Positions 8,916 to 18,974 are shown, numbered from the stretch's first letter. The stretch is DNA of 64,000 bases from Candidatus Sulfomarinibacteraceae bacterium (GCA_963796455.1 CAWCLO010000010.1:731369-795368), one strand, 5' to 3'. The notes: a model not told the origin generated them from the sequence alone. A program made the numbers and translations.

Positions 8916-9764
8916 TTAGAACGGAAATCCGAAGCTGAGTCGAACGCCGCGAACGTTTTTACCCCAGCGATAACCGAGGCCGATTCTCGGTAGCTTCATA
9001 ACCCACAGTTTGATCTTCGGATCGGTGCCAAAGGTCAGACCGATTTCGTGATTCGCCTCGAGGGTGAGCGGTTCGGCATCGGGCCGGTCGATGCGGGCGT
9101 CAAAATAATACCGGTAGATGTAGTAAAGGCTGAGGTTCGCCTCATTACCGGCAATTGTGAACCCGAGGGGGTGGTTGGCGTCACCACCAATTTCGAACTC
9201 GCCAAAGCGATCCTCGAGACCGAGGTCTGATTTGATGACCGACAGGAAGCCGAGCCTGGTGCCGACACTCAGATCGAATTTGTGAACCGGGTATTCGGCC
9301 AGGGTTCTGATGCCGACACCCCAGAGCCCGAACCCGAGTTGGTCGTCAAAATCCCGGATATAACCGCCCTCGGCATAAGGTTTGAGGAGCCACTCGTCGC
9401 CCACCGGGAGTAGGAATTCACCACCCAAGGTTCCGCCAAAAGAAGCAAACCTGAGCTGGTCGACGATGATGTCGTTATCGACGAAGAGATCGTAGACGCC
9501 TGCGTAGAGGGTCACCTTGAGCCGCAGCCCCCAGGAGCGGTCGTCCAACTTGAGGATCGGGACATAGAACTGAATCCGCACGTCATTGACATCGGCGTTC
9601 GCGTTACTGATGCCCCCGTTGCCGGGACCGAAGGCCAATGGGTGAAACGTGAGCGGCGATGATGAATCTCCACTCTGTGCGGCGCAGAGACCGCTCCATG
9701 CCGAAATCACTACGGCGAAAATGATGGCGGTGCGGAGCAGAGAAGCGTTTGCAGAAGAGGCCAC
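8916..9764 (-). CDS. Hypothetical outer membrane protein (start uncertain)
   Basis: Signal-like segment RTAIIFAVVISAWSGLCAA, beta-strand pattern, ends FGFPF; the longer ORF to 9920 overlaps the OmpA gene. Confidence 0.6.
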   Translation of the reverse strand: MASSANASLLRTAIIFAVVISAWSGLCAAQSGDSSSPLTFHPLAFGPGNGGISNANADVNDVRIQFYVPILKLDDRSWGLRLKVTLYAGVYDLFVDNDIIVDQLRFASFGGTLGGEFLLPVGDEWLLKPYAEGGYIRDFDDQLGFGLWGVGIRTLAEYPVHKFDLSVGTRLGFLSVIKSDLGLEDRFGEFEIGGDANHPLGFTIAGNEANLSLYYIYRYYFDARIDRPDAEPLTLEANHEIGLTFGTDPKIKLWVMKLPRIGLGYRWGKNVRGVRLSFGFPF

Positions 9765-9831
9765 CTGGGGAGTATATAGCGGCGGCGTTACGCCTCCCCA
9801 GGGTCGACCACGGTCGCGGGCTGGCGGGTTC

Positions 9832-11259
9832 CTACCGGGTGCTCGGTTTGAAATCGACGCGACGGTTCTTGGCCCGCCCTTCGGCGGTGGTATTCGGAGC
9901 GATGGGCTCGTGCGGCCCAAAGCCCTTGGTCGTCAGCCGATTCGCCGCGACGCCGTTGGTGACCAGGTATTTTTTGACCGCATCGGCCCGCTTCTGCGAA
10001 AGGTCCATATTCCACGCCATCGAACCGGTGCTGTCGGTATTGCCCTGGATCTCGACCGTGAACCGTTGGTTCTTGGCGAGGAAGTTGGCGATCTTGAGTA
10101 ATACCTCGGCGGCCTCGGGTCTGATGGTCGCGCGGTTGGTCTCGAAGAGGACCCGGCCCTGGACCGACCACTCGTCACCCGCCACGACGATGCCGGCGAC
10201 GGGACAGCCGTTCTTCGTGACCGGAACACCCGACGGGGTCCCCGGACACTTGTCGAGGTGATCCGGCACACCGTCACCATCGGAGTCGAGCGGGCAGCCT
10301 GAAGCGTCGACTGCAACTCCCCTTGGGGTTTCAGGGCATTTGTCGAGGTGGTCCGGTACGCCGTCGCCATCGGAATCGATCGGGCAACCTGAAGCATCGA
10401 CTCTCACGCCGCTCGGGGTGTCCGGACACTTGTCGAGGTAATCGGGCACCCCGTCGTTGTCGGAATCGATCGGGCAACCGACGGCGTCGACTTCAACGCC
10501 AAGTGGCGTGTCGGGACACTTGTCGAGGTGGTTGGCCACGCCGTCGGAGTCGTCGTCGGGCCACAGGAAGGCGTCAATCACGAGTTCGGACATGGCCTCA
10601 GCCGTGGTCAGAGTATTTGCCGATCTGACATAACCGCCGCCGCCGGCAGCAACCAAATCTTCGAGGAGGGCTCGACCGCGTTTGTCACCACCGATTTGAA
10701 TCGCATAGATGTCGAAGTCTTCGCCAAATGTGTTTTTCAACGCTGTGGCGGCGGCCACTTCCTTTTTGCCCATGTGGAGACCGTCACTGACGACGATCAC
10801 GACCGACGGAGACTGGTGGTCCGCCATATCGACGGCGGAGGCGTCGAGAGCAAGGTTGAGCGGCGAGCTGCCGTTGGCACACTGAAAACGTGCGATCCCG
10901 TCTTCGAATGTGGCACCGATGTGTTCTCCGAGGTCGATGATCGACACCGTTCGGCCCGTGCTCCCGCACAGACCGCGCCCGAACGTGCGCAACGCCCCCT
11001 GAAAGTCGAGCTCGGGAATCGTCTGGTTGAGGCTGATCAGGGCATCTTCTGCGACGCTCAATTTTCGGTGCCCACGGCTTCGGTCGGCCATCGAGAGCGA
11101 GCCGTCGGTGATCACGACGAACTGATCGACCTTTCGAACATATTTGGCGGCATCAATTGAGCCAGGCTCGAAAACCAAGGTGTCGCGCGACGAGGCACAG
11201 GCGGTTGAGAAGGTTAAAGCAACGACCACCATGAGCGTGTTCAGGGCGAATCTCTTCAT
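9832..11259 (-). CDS. OmpA-family lipoprotein with vWA domain and thrombospondin type 3 repeats
   Basis: Lipobox-like STAC; MIDAS DGSLS and VSDG; four 30-aa DxDxDGVxDxxDKCPxTP repeats; OmpA C-domain NMDLSQKRA...RAKNRRVD. Confidence 0.92.
   Translation of the reverse strand: MKRFALNTLMVVVALTFSTACASSRDTLVFEPGSIDAAKYVRKVDQFVVITDGSLSMADRSRGHRKLSVAEDALISLNQTIPELDFQGALRTFGRGLCGSTGRTVSIIDLGEHIGATFEDGIARFQCANGSSPLNLALDASAVDMADHQSPSVVIVVSDGLHMGKKEVAAATALKNTFGEDFDIYAIQIGGDKRGRALLEDLVAAGGGGYVRSANTLTTAEAMSELVIDAFLWPDDDSDGVANHLDKCPDTPLGVEVDAVGCPIDSDNDGVPDYLDKCPDTPSGVRVDASGCPIDSDGDGVPDHLDKCPETPRGVAVDASGCPLDSDGDGVPDHLDKCPGTPSGVPVTKNGCPVAGIVVAGDEWSVQGRVLFETNRATIRPEAAEVLLKIANFLAKNQRFTVEIQGNTDSTGSMAWNMDLSQKRADAVKKYLVTNGVAANRLTTKGFGPHEPIAPNTTAEGRAKNRRVDFKPSTR
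10201..10560 (-). repeat. Four 90-bp coding repeats (TSP3)
   Basis: Recurring ggacacttgtcgagg-like / cggaatcgatcgggcaacc-like units at a 90-bp period. Confidence 0.85.
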
Positions 11260-11467
11260 CACTCCTCCTCGGTTGCGGTACCTGTTTGGTTTTCATTTTC
11301 GACCAGTGCGTCTCGACCCTTCACGATGCTTTGATGCGACCGGAGTCTGTCACAAACGATTTCCTCGTGCAACACGGTTCAAGCTCCTCGGGAGGGATGA
11401 AGAGAATGACTGGGGAGCCGGGGCGGATGGCCTCTTTGTGAGGCCCCGGGTCTGTATGCTGTCGATC

Positions 11468-12145
11468 ATGAAGCAAGAATCCTACCGTGGTGTGCGGCTC
11501 GATTTTGACCGCCTCGGGGAAGACCAGATGCTCCAACGCGGCAGGTCCTTTCTCGATCGTCTGTCCGGGCGGCGATCGGTCAGACAATTTTCATCCGATC
11601 CTGTGCCTCGCGAGTTGATCGAGATCGCGGTCTCAGCTGCCAACACCGCCCCGTCAGGCGCCAACCGGCAGCCGTGGCATTTCGCAGCCGTATCCGATCC
11701 GCTCGTCAAGGCGGAGATCCGTCGGGCTGCGGAGGCCGAAGAAAAGGAGTTCTACGAGGGGGGGCGGGCGGGTGCCGAGTGGCTCAAAGCACTGCAACCG
11801 CTCGGAACCGAGTGGCGCAAACCTTTTCTCGAGACCGCACCGTGGTTGGTTGCCGTTTTCAAGCAGATATACCAACCGGGCGAGGACGGCTCGAAGAACA
11901 CCAACTACTACGTCAATGAGAGCGTCGGGATCGCCTGCGGGATGTTCATCACGGCGCTCAACGAGATGGGCCTCGCCACGCTCACTCATACGCCGCAACC
12001 AATGCGGTTTCTGACCAAGATCCTCGAGCGGCCGGCAGCTGAGAGACCCTTCATTCTGTTTCCGGTGGGATACCCCGCGGCCGACTGCGAGGTGCCGGCG
12101 ATTCGTAAGAAGGGGCTCGATGAGGTGAGTAGCTGGTTCGAGTGA
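11468..12145 (+). CDS. Nitroreductase family protein, iodotyrosine deiodinase-like
   Basis: RRSVRQFS, TAPSGANRQPW, EEKEFY, KPFLETAPWL, YYVNESVGIACG, LTHTP. Confidence 0.9.
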   Translation: MKQESYRGVRLDFDRLGEDQMLQRGRSFLDRLSGRRSVRQFSSDPVPRELIEIAVSAANTAPSGANRQPWHFAAVSDPLVKAEIRRAAEAEEKEFYEGGRAGAEWLKALQPLGTEWRKPFLETAPWLVAVFKQIYQPGEDGSKNTNYYVNESVGIACGMFITALNEMGLATLTHTPQPMRFLTKILERPAAERPFILFPVGYPAADCEVPAIRKKGLDEVSSWFE

Positions 12146-12150
12146 GAAAG

Positions 12151-12258
12151 GGAGCAGAGGAGCAGAGGAGCAGAGGAGCAGAGGAGCAGAGGAGCAGAGG
12201 AGCAGAGGAGCAGAGGAGCAGAGGAGCAGAGGAGCAGAGGAGCAGAGGAGCAGAGGAG
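12151..12258 (+). repeat. Perfect octamer tandem repeat (GGAGCAGA) x13.5
   Basis: 13 perfect copies at 12151-12254 plus GGAG, starting 5 nt after the stop codon. Confidence 0.98.
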
Positions 12259-12358
12259 ACCTGCTCCTTATCACGTACAGAGCTTCCGGTACGGTTCTCC
12301 CTTTCCCCTCTTTCTCCCTTTCTCCCTTTCGGGAACGGGAATCGGAACTGTCGTTCAA

Positions 12359-12479
12359 GATGTCATCCTGAGCGAAGCGCCTTCGGCGCGCAGTCGAAGG
12401 ATCTGCGGACAGGTGAGCTTCGGTTCATCTCATAGATCCTTCGACTACGCCCCTGTGGGGCTGCGCTCAGGATGACATC
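12359..12479. repeat. REP-like branched palindromic element
   Basis: GATGTCATCCTGAGCG/CGCTCAGGATGACATC (16 bp perfect) and AGTCGAAGGATCT/AGATCCTTCGACT (13 bp perfect) with small internal hairpins. Confidence 0.9.
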
Positions 12480-12676
12480 GGGAGGCGAGACTCCCATACA
12501 GGAGAAGTCGGTGACGGGTGGTTCTCCCTCTCACCCTTTCTCCCTTTCGGGAACGGGATCGGAACTGTCGCTCAGGATGACATCGGGAGGCAACATTCGC
12601 AGACGTGCGAAATCAGTACCGAATGGTTTTCCTTTCTCCCTCTGCCCCTCTGCAACAACAAGGCGTTAGATGATGT

Positions 12677-13620
12677 TTAAGGGCGTTCCTCGAACAGGAG
12701 CGTCACGAGCCCCTCGTCGGTTTCGCACGTGATCGCCAGGCGATTGGGAAAGAACCGATAGGCCACGGCGCCGCTGAGCGCAGCGAGGTATTTCTGCTCG
12801 GTCTCCATGAGCTCTTCCGGGCAGGCCATCATGGTGGTGCCGAAGTCACTGATGTTGATCCCGCTCGGCCCGGCTTCTTGGATCCCGCCGAAGTAGGAGT
12901 TGCACCCAGCCGTGCCTGTCACGCGGTCGCCCAGTACCGTCAGCGTGATGTTCGTGTCCCCAACCAACCCGTGGTCTCTCCCGAGCTCCACCAGGATCCA
13001 CTCGGGGCCCTCGAGATCGGCGAGCGAAAGAACCCCGAGCTCCTCCACCGAGCTTTGCTGCAGGCCGCCGCTGTTCATCACGAAGCTCATCGAGGCCCGA
13101 TGGGTCGGACAGCACGCGGCGTCATCGCCTTCCTGGCGCACGACCTCGATCACGATACGGCCGTCCTCTGATGGCCCCCGAACGGACCTGGACCCGGTCT
13201 CCGATCAGCATGGTTCCGGTATTGACGACCCCTTCTTCCCCGCGCTGGGCCACCGCCAAGTAGAGCCGCGTCCCGGATCCGCCTGAGCTTTCCCAGAGGA
13301 GGACGGCCGTTTCCTTCAAACCATCTCCATCGAGATCGCCGGTCAGCGAAAAATTCTCCACCAGTCCGACGGATGGACGCGAGGCGCCACCTGCAACATG
13401 GGGATCACCTTCCCACCGCCCACCGTTCAGCGCGACAGGATGGTCGAGAATTCCGTAGAAGCTCGTCTCGGCCAGCTCTGCCCTGGTTGGCGGCAGGGCC
13501 GGATCCTTCGCGGTGTGCTGGGTCTCGGAAGGCGTGGTGGCGCGCTTGGCGGCCGGGCCGCAGCCCTTGCAGCGAGACCGCCAAGATGATCAGTAGCAAC
13601 GGAACGAGTCTCGTGGCCAT
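12677..13620 (-). CDS. META domain-containing probable lipoprotein; several apparent frameshifts
   Basis: MATRLVPLLLIILAVSLQG(C) start; GDLDGDG...GGSGTRLYL segment; META motif GTAGCNSYFG...TTMMAC; split across several reading frames. Confidence 0.75.
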
Positions 13621-15252
13621 CGGAGAGGCCACTATTCTACCGCCTCCATTTCCGATGGGTCGATCATCTTCCGATGCCTCGATGATGGCCTCCACCCGTG
13701 TCATCTGCTCGGCCAACTCTCGGTAATCCTCCTCGGTAAACGAAAATATGTTGCCTCCTTCGAACCATCGCATGGCGAACTCGATTTCCGCCTTGGCCCG
13801 AGGGTAGTCCCTTATTTCCATGTGATCCTGGATGTTGTCTTGAATCGACCGTCTGACGATCGCGCGTGCTCGGTTGTCGGAGGAGTCGAGGGTGAAACCG
13901 GTGATGGCGAGGGCCAGGGCCATCCGCTCCTCCTCGGCCATGTCGTGTTGGGCTTCGAGTCCGGCAATGCGACTATCGAGTCGCAGACGGGCCGACCCTT
14001 CGGGCAGCGTTTCTCGAATCTCGATGAGTTCAACCAGGTCGTCCTGAATGCCCGTAACCCTCTCTTCAACCTGCTCGATGTATTTATAGCCTTCGGCGAC
14101 TCGTTGGTTCTCCAGCGAGGCCTGAAGACCGGCGCCAAACATCAGCGCCAGTGCGACCGCCGCCAGGGTGGTCATGGCTGCCGCCAAACCCGGGTTGTGG
14201 TGGCTCCAGTTCCAGAGCTGTTCGGCGGCGGTTGGTTGGGCCGCCGAGACCGGCAGGAACTCACGGTATTTGCGGACATCCTCGGCCAACTCATTGGCGG
14301 ATCGATAGCGACGGAACGGGTCCTTGTCGAGGGCCTTCATGGTGATGGCGGAGACGATTCGGTTGACCCTGGGGTTGAGCTTTTTGGGAGGCTCGGGGTT
14401 GTGGTACATGACCCCCTTCATGGACTCGACGACGGTTTCACCGCGAAAGGGGTTCACACCGGTGAGGATTTCGTACAGGATGATGCCGAGAGAGAAAACA
14501 TCCGCCTGCCGGTCGGATGTGGCGGAGTGGCCGGAAGCCTGTTCGGGCGCCATATAGGCGGGAGTCCCCATGACCGAGCCGACTTGAGTTCGTCCGGAGT
14601 CCGACTGATTTACATCGTCGTCCTCCACCAGCATCTTTGCCAGCCCCCAGTCCATGACGTAGACCACCCCGAGCCCATCGACCATGATGTTGTCCGGTTT
14701 GAGATCGCGATGGATCACGCCCTGGTTGTGGGCCGCGGCGACCGCCTGGCAGGCGCGGATGAAGATGTCGATGAAGTGGGCGCGGTGCGAGCGATCTTTG
14801 ATATCTGCCGGATCGCGGGCGTCAAGCAGTTCGCGTAGGGTCTGACCGCTGACCTTTTTCATCGCATAGAAGCTCTCGCCCTCCGGAAGCACCCCGGCCT
14901 CGAAGACCGGGGTCGTGCCCGGGTGATCGAGGCAGGCCAGAATCTCGGCCTCGTTGAAGAAGCGCTGACGGATTTCGTCCTTGTGGGTGAGCTCGGAGCG
15001 CAAACACTTCACGGCCACCGACCGGTTGAGATTGACATCGGCTGCCTGATGCACAACTGCCATGCCGCCTTCGCCCAGGGTTTCGCCGAGAACATATCGG
15101 TGACCGCTCGGCGAATCCTCGACTCGTTGCTGTGGCTCGACCCATTCAGGGTCGAGGTCTGCGGGTTCGTGGCTGTCGAGAAATTCGGTGACATCGGTGT
15201 TGTCAACGCTGTCGTTGCGCCGATCGCCCCGACCAGGGTCGTCGGTTGTCAT
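13405..15252 (-). CDS. Hanks-type Ser/Thr protein kinase with TM helix; true stop probably near 13660
   Basis: LGEGGMAVV, VAVK, HRDLKPDNIMV, DWG, GTPAYMAPEQ; the ORF reads into the META gene start. Confidence 0.9.
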   Translation of the reverse strand: MTTDDPGRGDRRNDSVDNTDVTEFLDSHEPADLDPEWVEPQQRVEDSPSGHRYVLGETLGEGGMAVVHQAADVNLNRSVAVKCLRSELTHKDEIRQRFFNEAEILACLDHPGTTPVFEAGVLPEGESFYAMKKVSGQTLRELLDARDPADIKDRSHRAHFIDIFIRACQAVAAAHNQGVIHRDLKPDNIMVDGLGVVYVMDWGLAKMLVEDDDVNQSDSGRTQVGSVMGTPAYMAPEQASGHSATSDRQADVFSLGIILYEILTGVNPFRGETVVESMKGVMYHNPEPPKKLNPRVNRIVSAITMKALDKDPFRRYRSANELAEDVRKYREFLPVSAAQPTAAEQLWNWSHHNPGLAAAMTTLAAVALALMFGAGLQASLENQRVAEGYKYIEQVEERVTGIQDDLVELIEIRETLPEGSARLRLDSRIAGLEAQHDMAEEERMALALAITGFTLDSSDNRARAIVRRSIQDNIQDHMEIRDYPRAKAEIEFAMRWFEGGNIFSFTEEDYRELAEQMTRVEAIIEASEDDRPIGNGGGRIVASPMATRLVPLLLIILAVSLQGLRPGRQARHHAFRDPAHREGSGPAANQGRAGRDELLRNSRPSCRAERWAVGR

Positions 15253-15460
15253 GTGACCTCCAGGGTCTGTAGCCGATCCTATAACTGTGGCCGACCTTTT
15301 GAGGGGTCGTTGCAGCGCGATCGGTCGTTGACCGTGATTGTGCGGATTGTATCAGGGGGGCCTGGCCGAAGTGGTTTGTCAGAATGGCTTCGCTTGACGT
15401 TGGTCGGGGCGGCGGCATAGGCTCGCGACAAGAACCGGCTCGCGAAAGGATGAATGCACG

Positions 15461-16693
15461 ATGGAGAAGATGGGTCAGATTTTCCAGAATATGAAAGAGT
15501 TGGCGACCAGCATCGAGTTCGCCAACCCTCTGGTGGGCGTCATTGCATCGCTGATCACTGCCGTGATTGCATTCATTCTGTATCGGATCGTGGCTGCCAT
15601 CGCCCGGCGCTCGATGGCGCGGATCGAGAGCTGGCAGGGGACTCGGATCAAGTCACTTCAGGTCCAGGAACAAGAGATTCTCTCGGCGGACGAGATCGTC
15701 GGGTTGATGACGATCATCGCCAGGGCGGTGCGGGTGATTGTGTTGGCGGCGATCGTCGTCGGCGCCGCCGAGCTGATCTTGAGTTTCTTCTCCTGGACGC
15801 GCGAGTTGGCGGCCGCGGGGTGGGGCCTTTTGCTTTCGGCGCTCCTGGATGCCGGCCGGGCGGTCGTTGGCTATATCCCGAATCTTCTCTTGGTGGTGGT
15901 CATCGCCGCCATCGCCTGGTACCTCATCCGGCTGGCGCGGCTGGTCTTCAACGGGATCGAAACCGAGCGGATCCGGTTGCGCAGCTTCTATCCCGAGTGG
16001 GCGATGCCGACCTTCAATATCGTTCGTATCCTGATCTTCGTCTTCGCCCTCGTGATGGCCTTCCCCTATCTTCCGGGAGCCGGGTCGCCCGCCTTTCGCG
16101 GTGTGTCGATCTTCGTCGGTGTGCTCTTTTCCCTCGGCTCCACCAGTGCCGTCGCCAACATGGTGGCCGGTATCGTCATCACCTACACCCGGGCCTTCAA
16201 GATCGGAGATCGGGTCAGGATCGACGAGATCGATGGCATCGTCGTCGAGCGCAGCCTTTTCGTGACCCGGCTGAGAACCCGCCGAAACGTGGAGATCGCA
16301 GCCCCGAACTCCAAGGTTCTGTCCAACCCCATCATCAACTACAGCGCCATGGCGAGAACGAAGTACCTTTTCCTCCACACCTCGGTTGGAATCGGCTACG
16401 ATGTCGATTGGCGAAAGGTCCACGAACTCATGCTCGGGGCGGCGCGCGAAACCAAGGGCATCGCCGAGGAACCGGAAGCCTTTGTCTTGCAGAGCGAGCT
16501 CGGAGATTTTGCCGTGGTCTACGAGCTCAACGCACCCATCAACCACCCGCACAAGATGGCAGCCATCACTTCCGAGCTCAACGCCAACATCCTCGACCAG
16601 TTCCATCGCGCCGGCGTCGAGATCATGTCACCGGAGTACACCGCGCTGCGTCGAGGCAACAAACCCGCCATCCCATCCGCCGAACCGGGATAG
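15461..16693 (+). CDS. MscS-family mechanosensitive ion channel
   Basis: TM segments, SLGSTSAVANMVAGIVITYTRAFKIGDRV, PNSKVLSNPIINYS, VGIGYD. Confidence 0.92.
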   Translation: MEKMGQIFQNMKELATSIEFANPLVGVIASLITAVIAFILYRIVAAIARRSMARIESWQGTRIKSLQVQEQEILSADEIVGLMTIIARAVRVIVLAAIVVGAAELILSFFSWTRELAAAGWGLLLSALLDAGRAVVGYIPNLLLVVVIAAIAWYLIRLARLVFNGIETERIRLRSFYPEWAMPTFNIVRILIFVFALVMAFPYLPGAGSPAFRGVSIFVGVLFSLGSTSAVANMVAGIVITYTRAFKIGDRVRIDEIDGIVVERSLFVTRLRTRRNVEIAAPNSKVLSNPIINYSAMARTKYLFLHTSVGIGYDVDWRKVHELMLGAARETKGIAEEPEAFVLQSELGDFAVVYELNAPINHPHKMAAITSELNANILDQFHRAGVEIMSPEYTALRRGNKPAIPSAEPG

Positions 16694-16735
16694 CAAGCTC
16701 TCGGCGATCGCCAGTGGCTTCGCCGGGCTTCGAAT

Positions 16736-16990
16736 TAGGAGAAAGCGAGGCGAAAGGGCGAAAGGGGGAAGGGAGACCAGTCACGCTCCCGCACAAATGC
16801 GGAGTCGTTCTCCCTTTCTTCCCTGCTCCCTTTCACCGATTCTCGGCTCTACTCCCCGGATCCATCTTCGTTAGGACCGTGCTGGGGCTCACGCCCCAGG
16901 GGCCCCCTACGGGGTTCCATCGATTCCGAGCTCCAAAGCCCCATAGCCTCAACGCCTCACGACCTCACCGCCCCATAGCCCCATAGCCAA
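16736..16990. repeat. Intergenic cluster of degenerate short repeats and a REP-like hairpin
   Basis: Purine arm (GAAAGGG) at 16736-16776 and pyrimidine arm at 16808-16837; CTGGGGCTCACGCCCCAGG at 16882-16900; CCCCATAG repeats near 16940-16988. Confidence 0.65.
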
Positions 16991-17042
16991 CGAACCCATT
17001 CGAAACTTGCGTCACCCTCACGACCGCGTTAGCTTCGAGCGG

Positions 17043-18432
17043 ATGAAGGACGCGGCCAAGAACAGCGACGAACGATCCGGCGTGGTGGTCCGGATCTGGC
17101 GTTCGATCTTTCCCCGCCCGATCATTCCGCGGACCGATAAAGATCGCCGTCGCGTCATCCTCGACTTTTTCGTGCTGCATATGCGGCCGGTACGGGTTCG
17201 CCGGAGCACCATCGGCTACACCCATACCTTCGGTCTCGGTGGCAGTTCGCTGGTTCTGATTGCTCGTCATGATCGCCACCGGGGTCCTGCTCATGCTGTC
17301 CTACGAGCCGACACCGGCTCGCGCCTACTCGTCCATCGTCGATATCCGGGATGGCATGCTCTTTGGCGGGCTGGTGCGAAACATCCACTACTGGAGCGCC
17401 AATCTACTGGTGGCGGTGGTTCTCCTCCACCTGCTCCGGGTCATGTTCACCGGCGCTTTTCACGGAACTCGAAGATTCAACTGGGTGATCGGTTTGGCTT
17501 TGCTGGGCGCTGTTTTGGCCTCCAATTTTACCGGTTATCTTCTGCCCTGGGACCAACTCGCCTACTGGGCCGTCACCATCGTGACCGGCATGCTTTCCTA
17601 TGTGCCGTGGATCGGTGAGTGGCTGCAGGGGGTGGCTCGCGGAGGAGCGGAGATCGGACCGGCGACCCTGGTCATTTTCTACTCCTTCCACACGACCCTG
17701 CTTCCGGTCTTCCTGGTAGTGCTCATGGGCTTCCATTTCTGGCGGGTGCGCAAGGCCGGTGGTGTGGTCGACCCGAGGCCGGTGGAAACGATCGACCAGG
17801 ACAAGCCGGAGTACGTCTCGACCTTGCCCGCGCTCCTGATGCGCGAGTTGGCTGCGGCCCTTGCATTGATCGCGATCGTGGTCGTGTTGGCGACGTTTTT
17901 CGATGCGCCCCTGGGCGCCCCGGCCAATGCCGGAATGAGCACCAACCCGGCCAAGGCGCCGTGGTACTTCGTCGGTTTCCAGGAGCTCCAGCTGCACTTT
18001 CATCCGATTTTCGCGGTGGTGGTGATCCCGCTGTTGGCAGTGATTGGTCTGGCGGCGATTCCGTATTTTCGTTACAAGCCTGAAAAGGCCGGTCCCTGGT
18101 TCCTGTCCGAGACCGGGCGCCGGTCGTCGACCATCTCGTTCCTGGTGGGTGTATTCGTTACGACACTTCTCGTTGTGGTCGATGAGCTCCTGCTCCAGCC
18201 GGGCGCAGGGCTTCCCACCGCAATCGGCCGCGGTCTGGTGCCGGTGGCGATGTTCGCAGCGGCGGTGGCGGCCTTCCGGTGGCTGATGGTGCGTCGATTC
18301 GGTCTTTCGAAATCTGAAATCGTGCAGGCCCTCTTCGTGCTCTTTTTCTCGTCCTTGGTCATCCTGACGGTCATCGGTGTCTGGTTCCGAGGCCCCGGTA
18401 TGGCGCTCGTCTGGCCGTGGGGTGTCGGATGA
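17043..18432 (+). CDS. Cytochrome b subunit of a Rieske/cytochrome b complex; apparent frameshift near 17262
   Basis: Heme His pairs [16 protein letters not shown] and [35 protein letters not shown] (PEWY equivalent). Confidence 0.92.
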
Positions 18433-18974
18433 GAAAGGGAGAAAGGGAGAGAGGGAGCAGGGGAGAAGGGGAGAGAGGGAGAGCCCCCCTCGAACCGACA
18501 CGCCGAGGATTCTTGGGTCGCCTGTGGCTCCTCCTGGGTGGGGCTGCGGTGGCGGAGGCGGTGTGGGTTGTGAGCGACTTCATCAAGCCCCGTCGGCGAG
18601 GCGCGACGCCAATCGACGATGCGACGGTGATCATCGCCGGGCCGGTAGATCGCTTTGCGCCGGGGACGGTCACCGCCTTTCCTGAAGGCCGTTTTTACCT
18701 CGCTCGTCTTGATGACGGCGGCTTCCTCGCCCTCGACCGAGAATGCACCCACCTCGGGTGTACGGTGCCGTGGGTTGCCGACGAGGGTCGGTTTGTTTGC
18801 CCCTGCCACGCTTCGGCATTCGATATAACCGGGAATGTCTTGAGCCCGCCGGCGCCCCGTCCGCTCGACATTTACCCGGTGCGCATCGAAAACCAGATCG
18901 TCAAGGTCGATACCGGCAACCGGGTTCGGCGCCGTACCGCCGACTCGGCACAGGGTGAAATCCATGACGGTTGA
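18429..18974 (+). CDS. Rieske 2Fe-2S protein with Tat-like signal
   Basis: TRRGFL, CTHLGC, CPCHAS, PAPRPL; ATGA overlap with the cytochrome b stop. Confidence 0.92.
   Translation: MRKGERERGSRGEGERGRAPLEPTRRGFLGRLWLLLGGAAVAEAVWVVSDFIKPRRRGATPIDDATVIIAGPVDRFAPGTVTAFPEGRFYLARLDDGGFLALDRECTHLGCTVPWVADEGRFVCPCHASAFDITGNVLSPPAPRPLDIYPVRIENQIVKVDTGNRVRRRTADSAQGEIHDG

Noticed and set aside
10201..10560. 90-bp periodic repeats resembling a CRISPR array
   Set aside because: In-frame TSP3 coding repeats within the OmpA gene
12151..12258. Possible CRISPR array, or coding ORFs 12142..12435 and 11654..12358
   Set aside because: Contiguous 8-mers with no spacers and no cas genes; the ORFs are translations of the microsatellite
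15454..16986. 510-aa alternative-frame ORF
   Set aside because: Arg-rich off-frame translation overlapping MscS
17250..17275. Programmed frameshift in cytochrome b or other split genes
   Set aside because: No slippery heptamer or stimulatory structure seen; window-wide indels point to sequencing error
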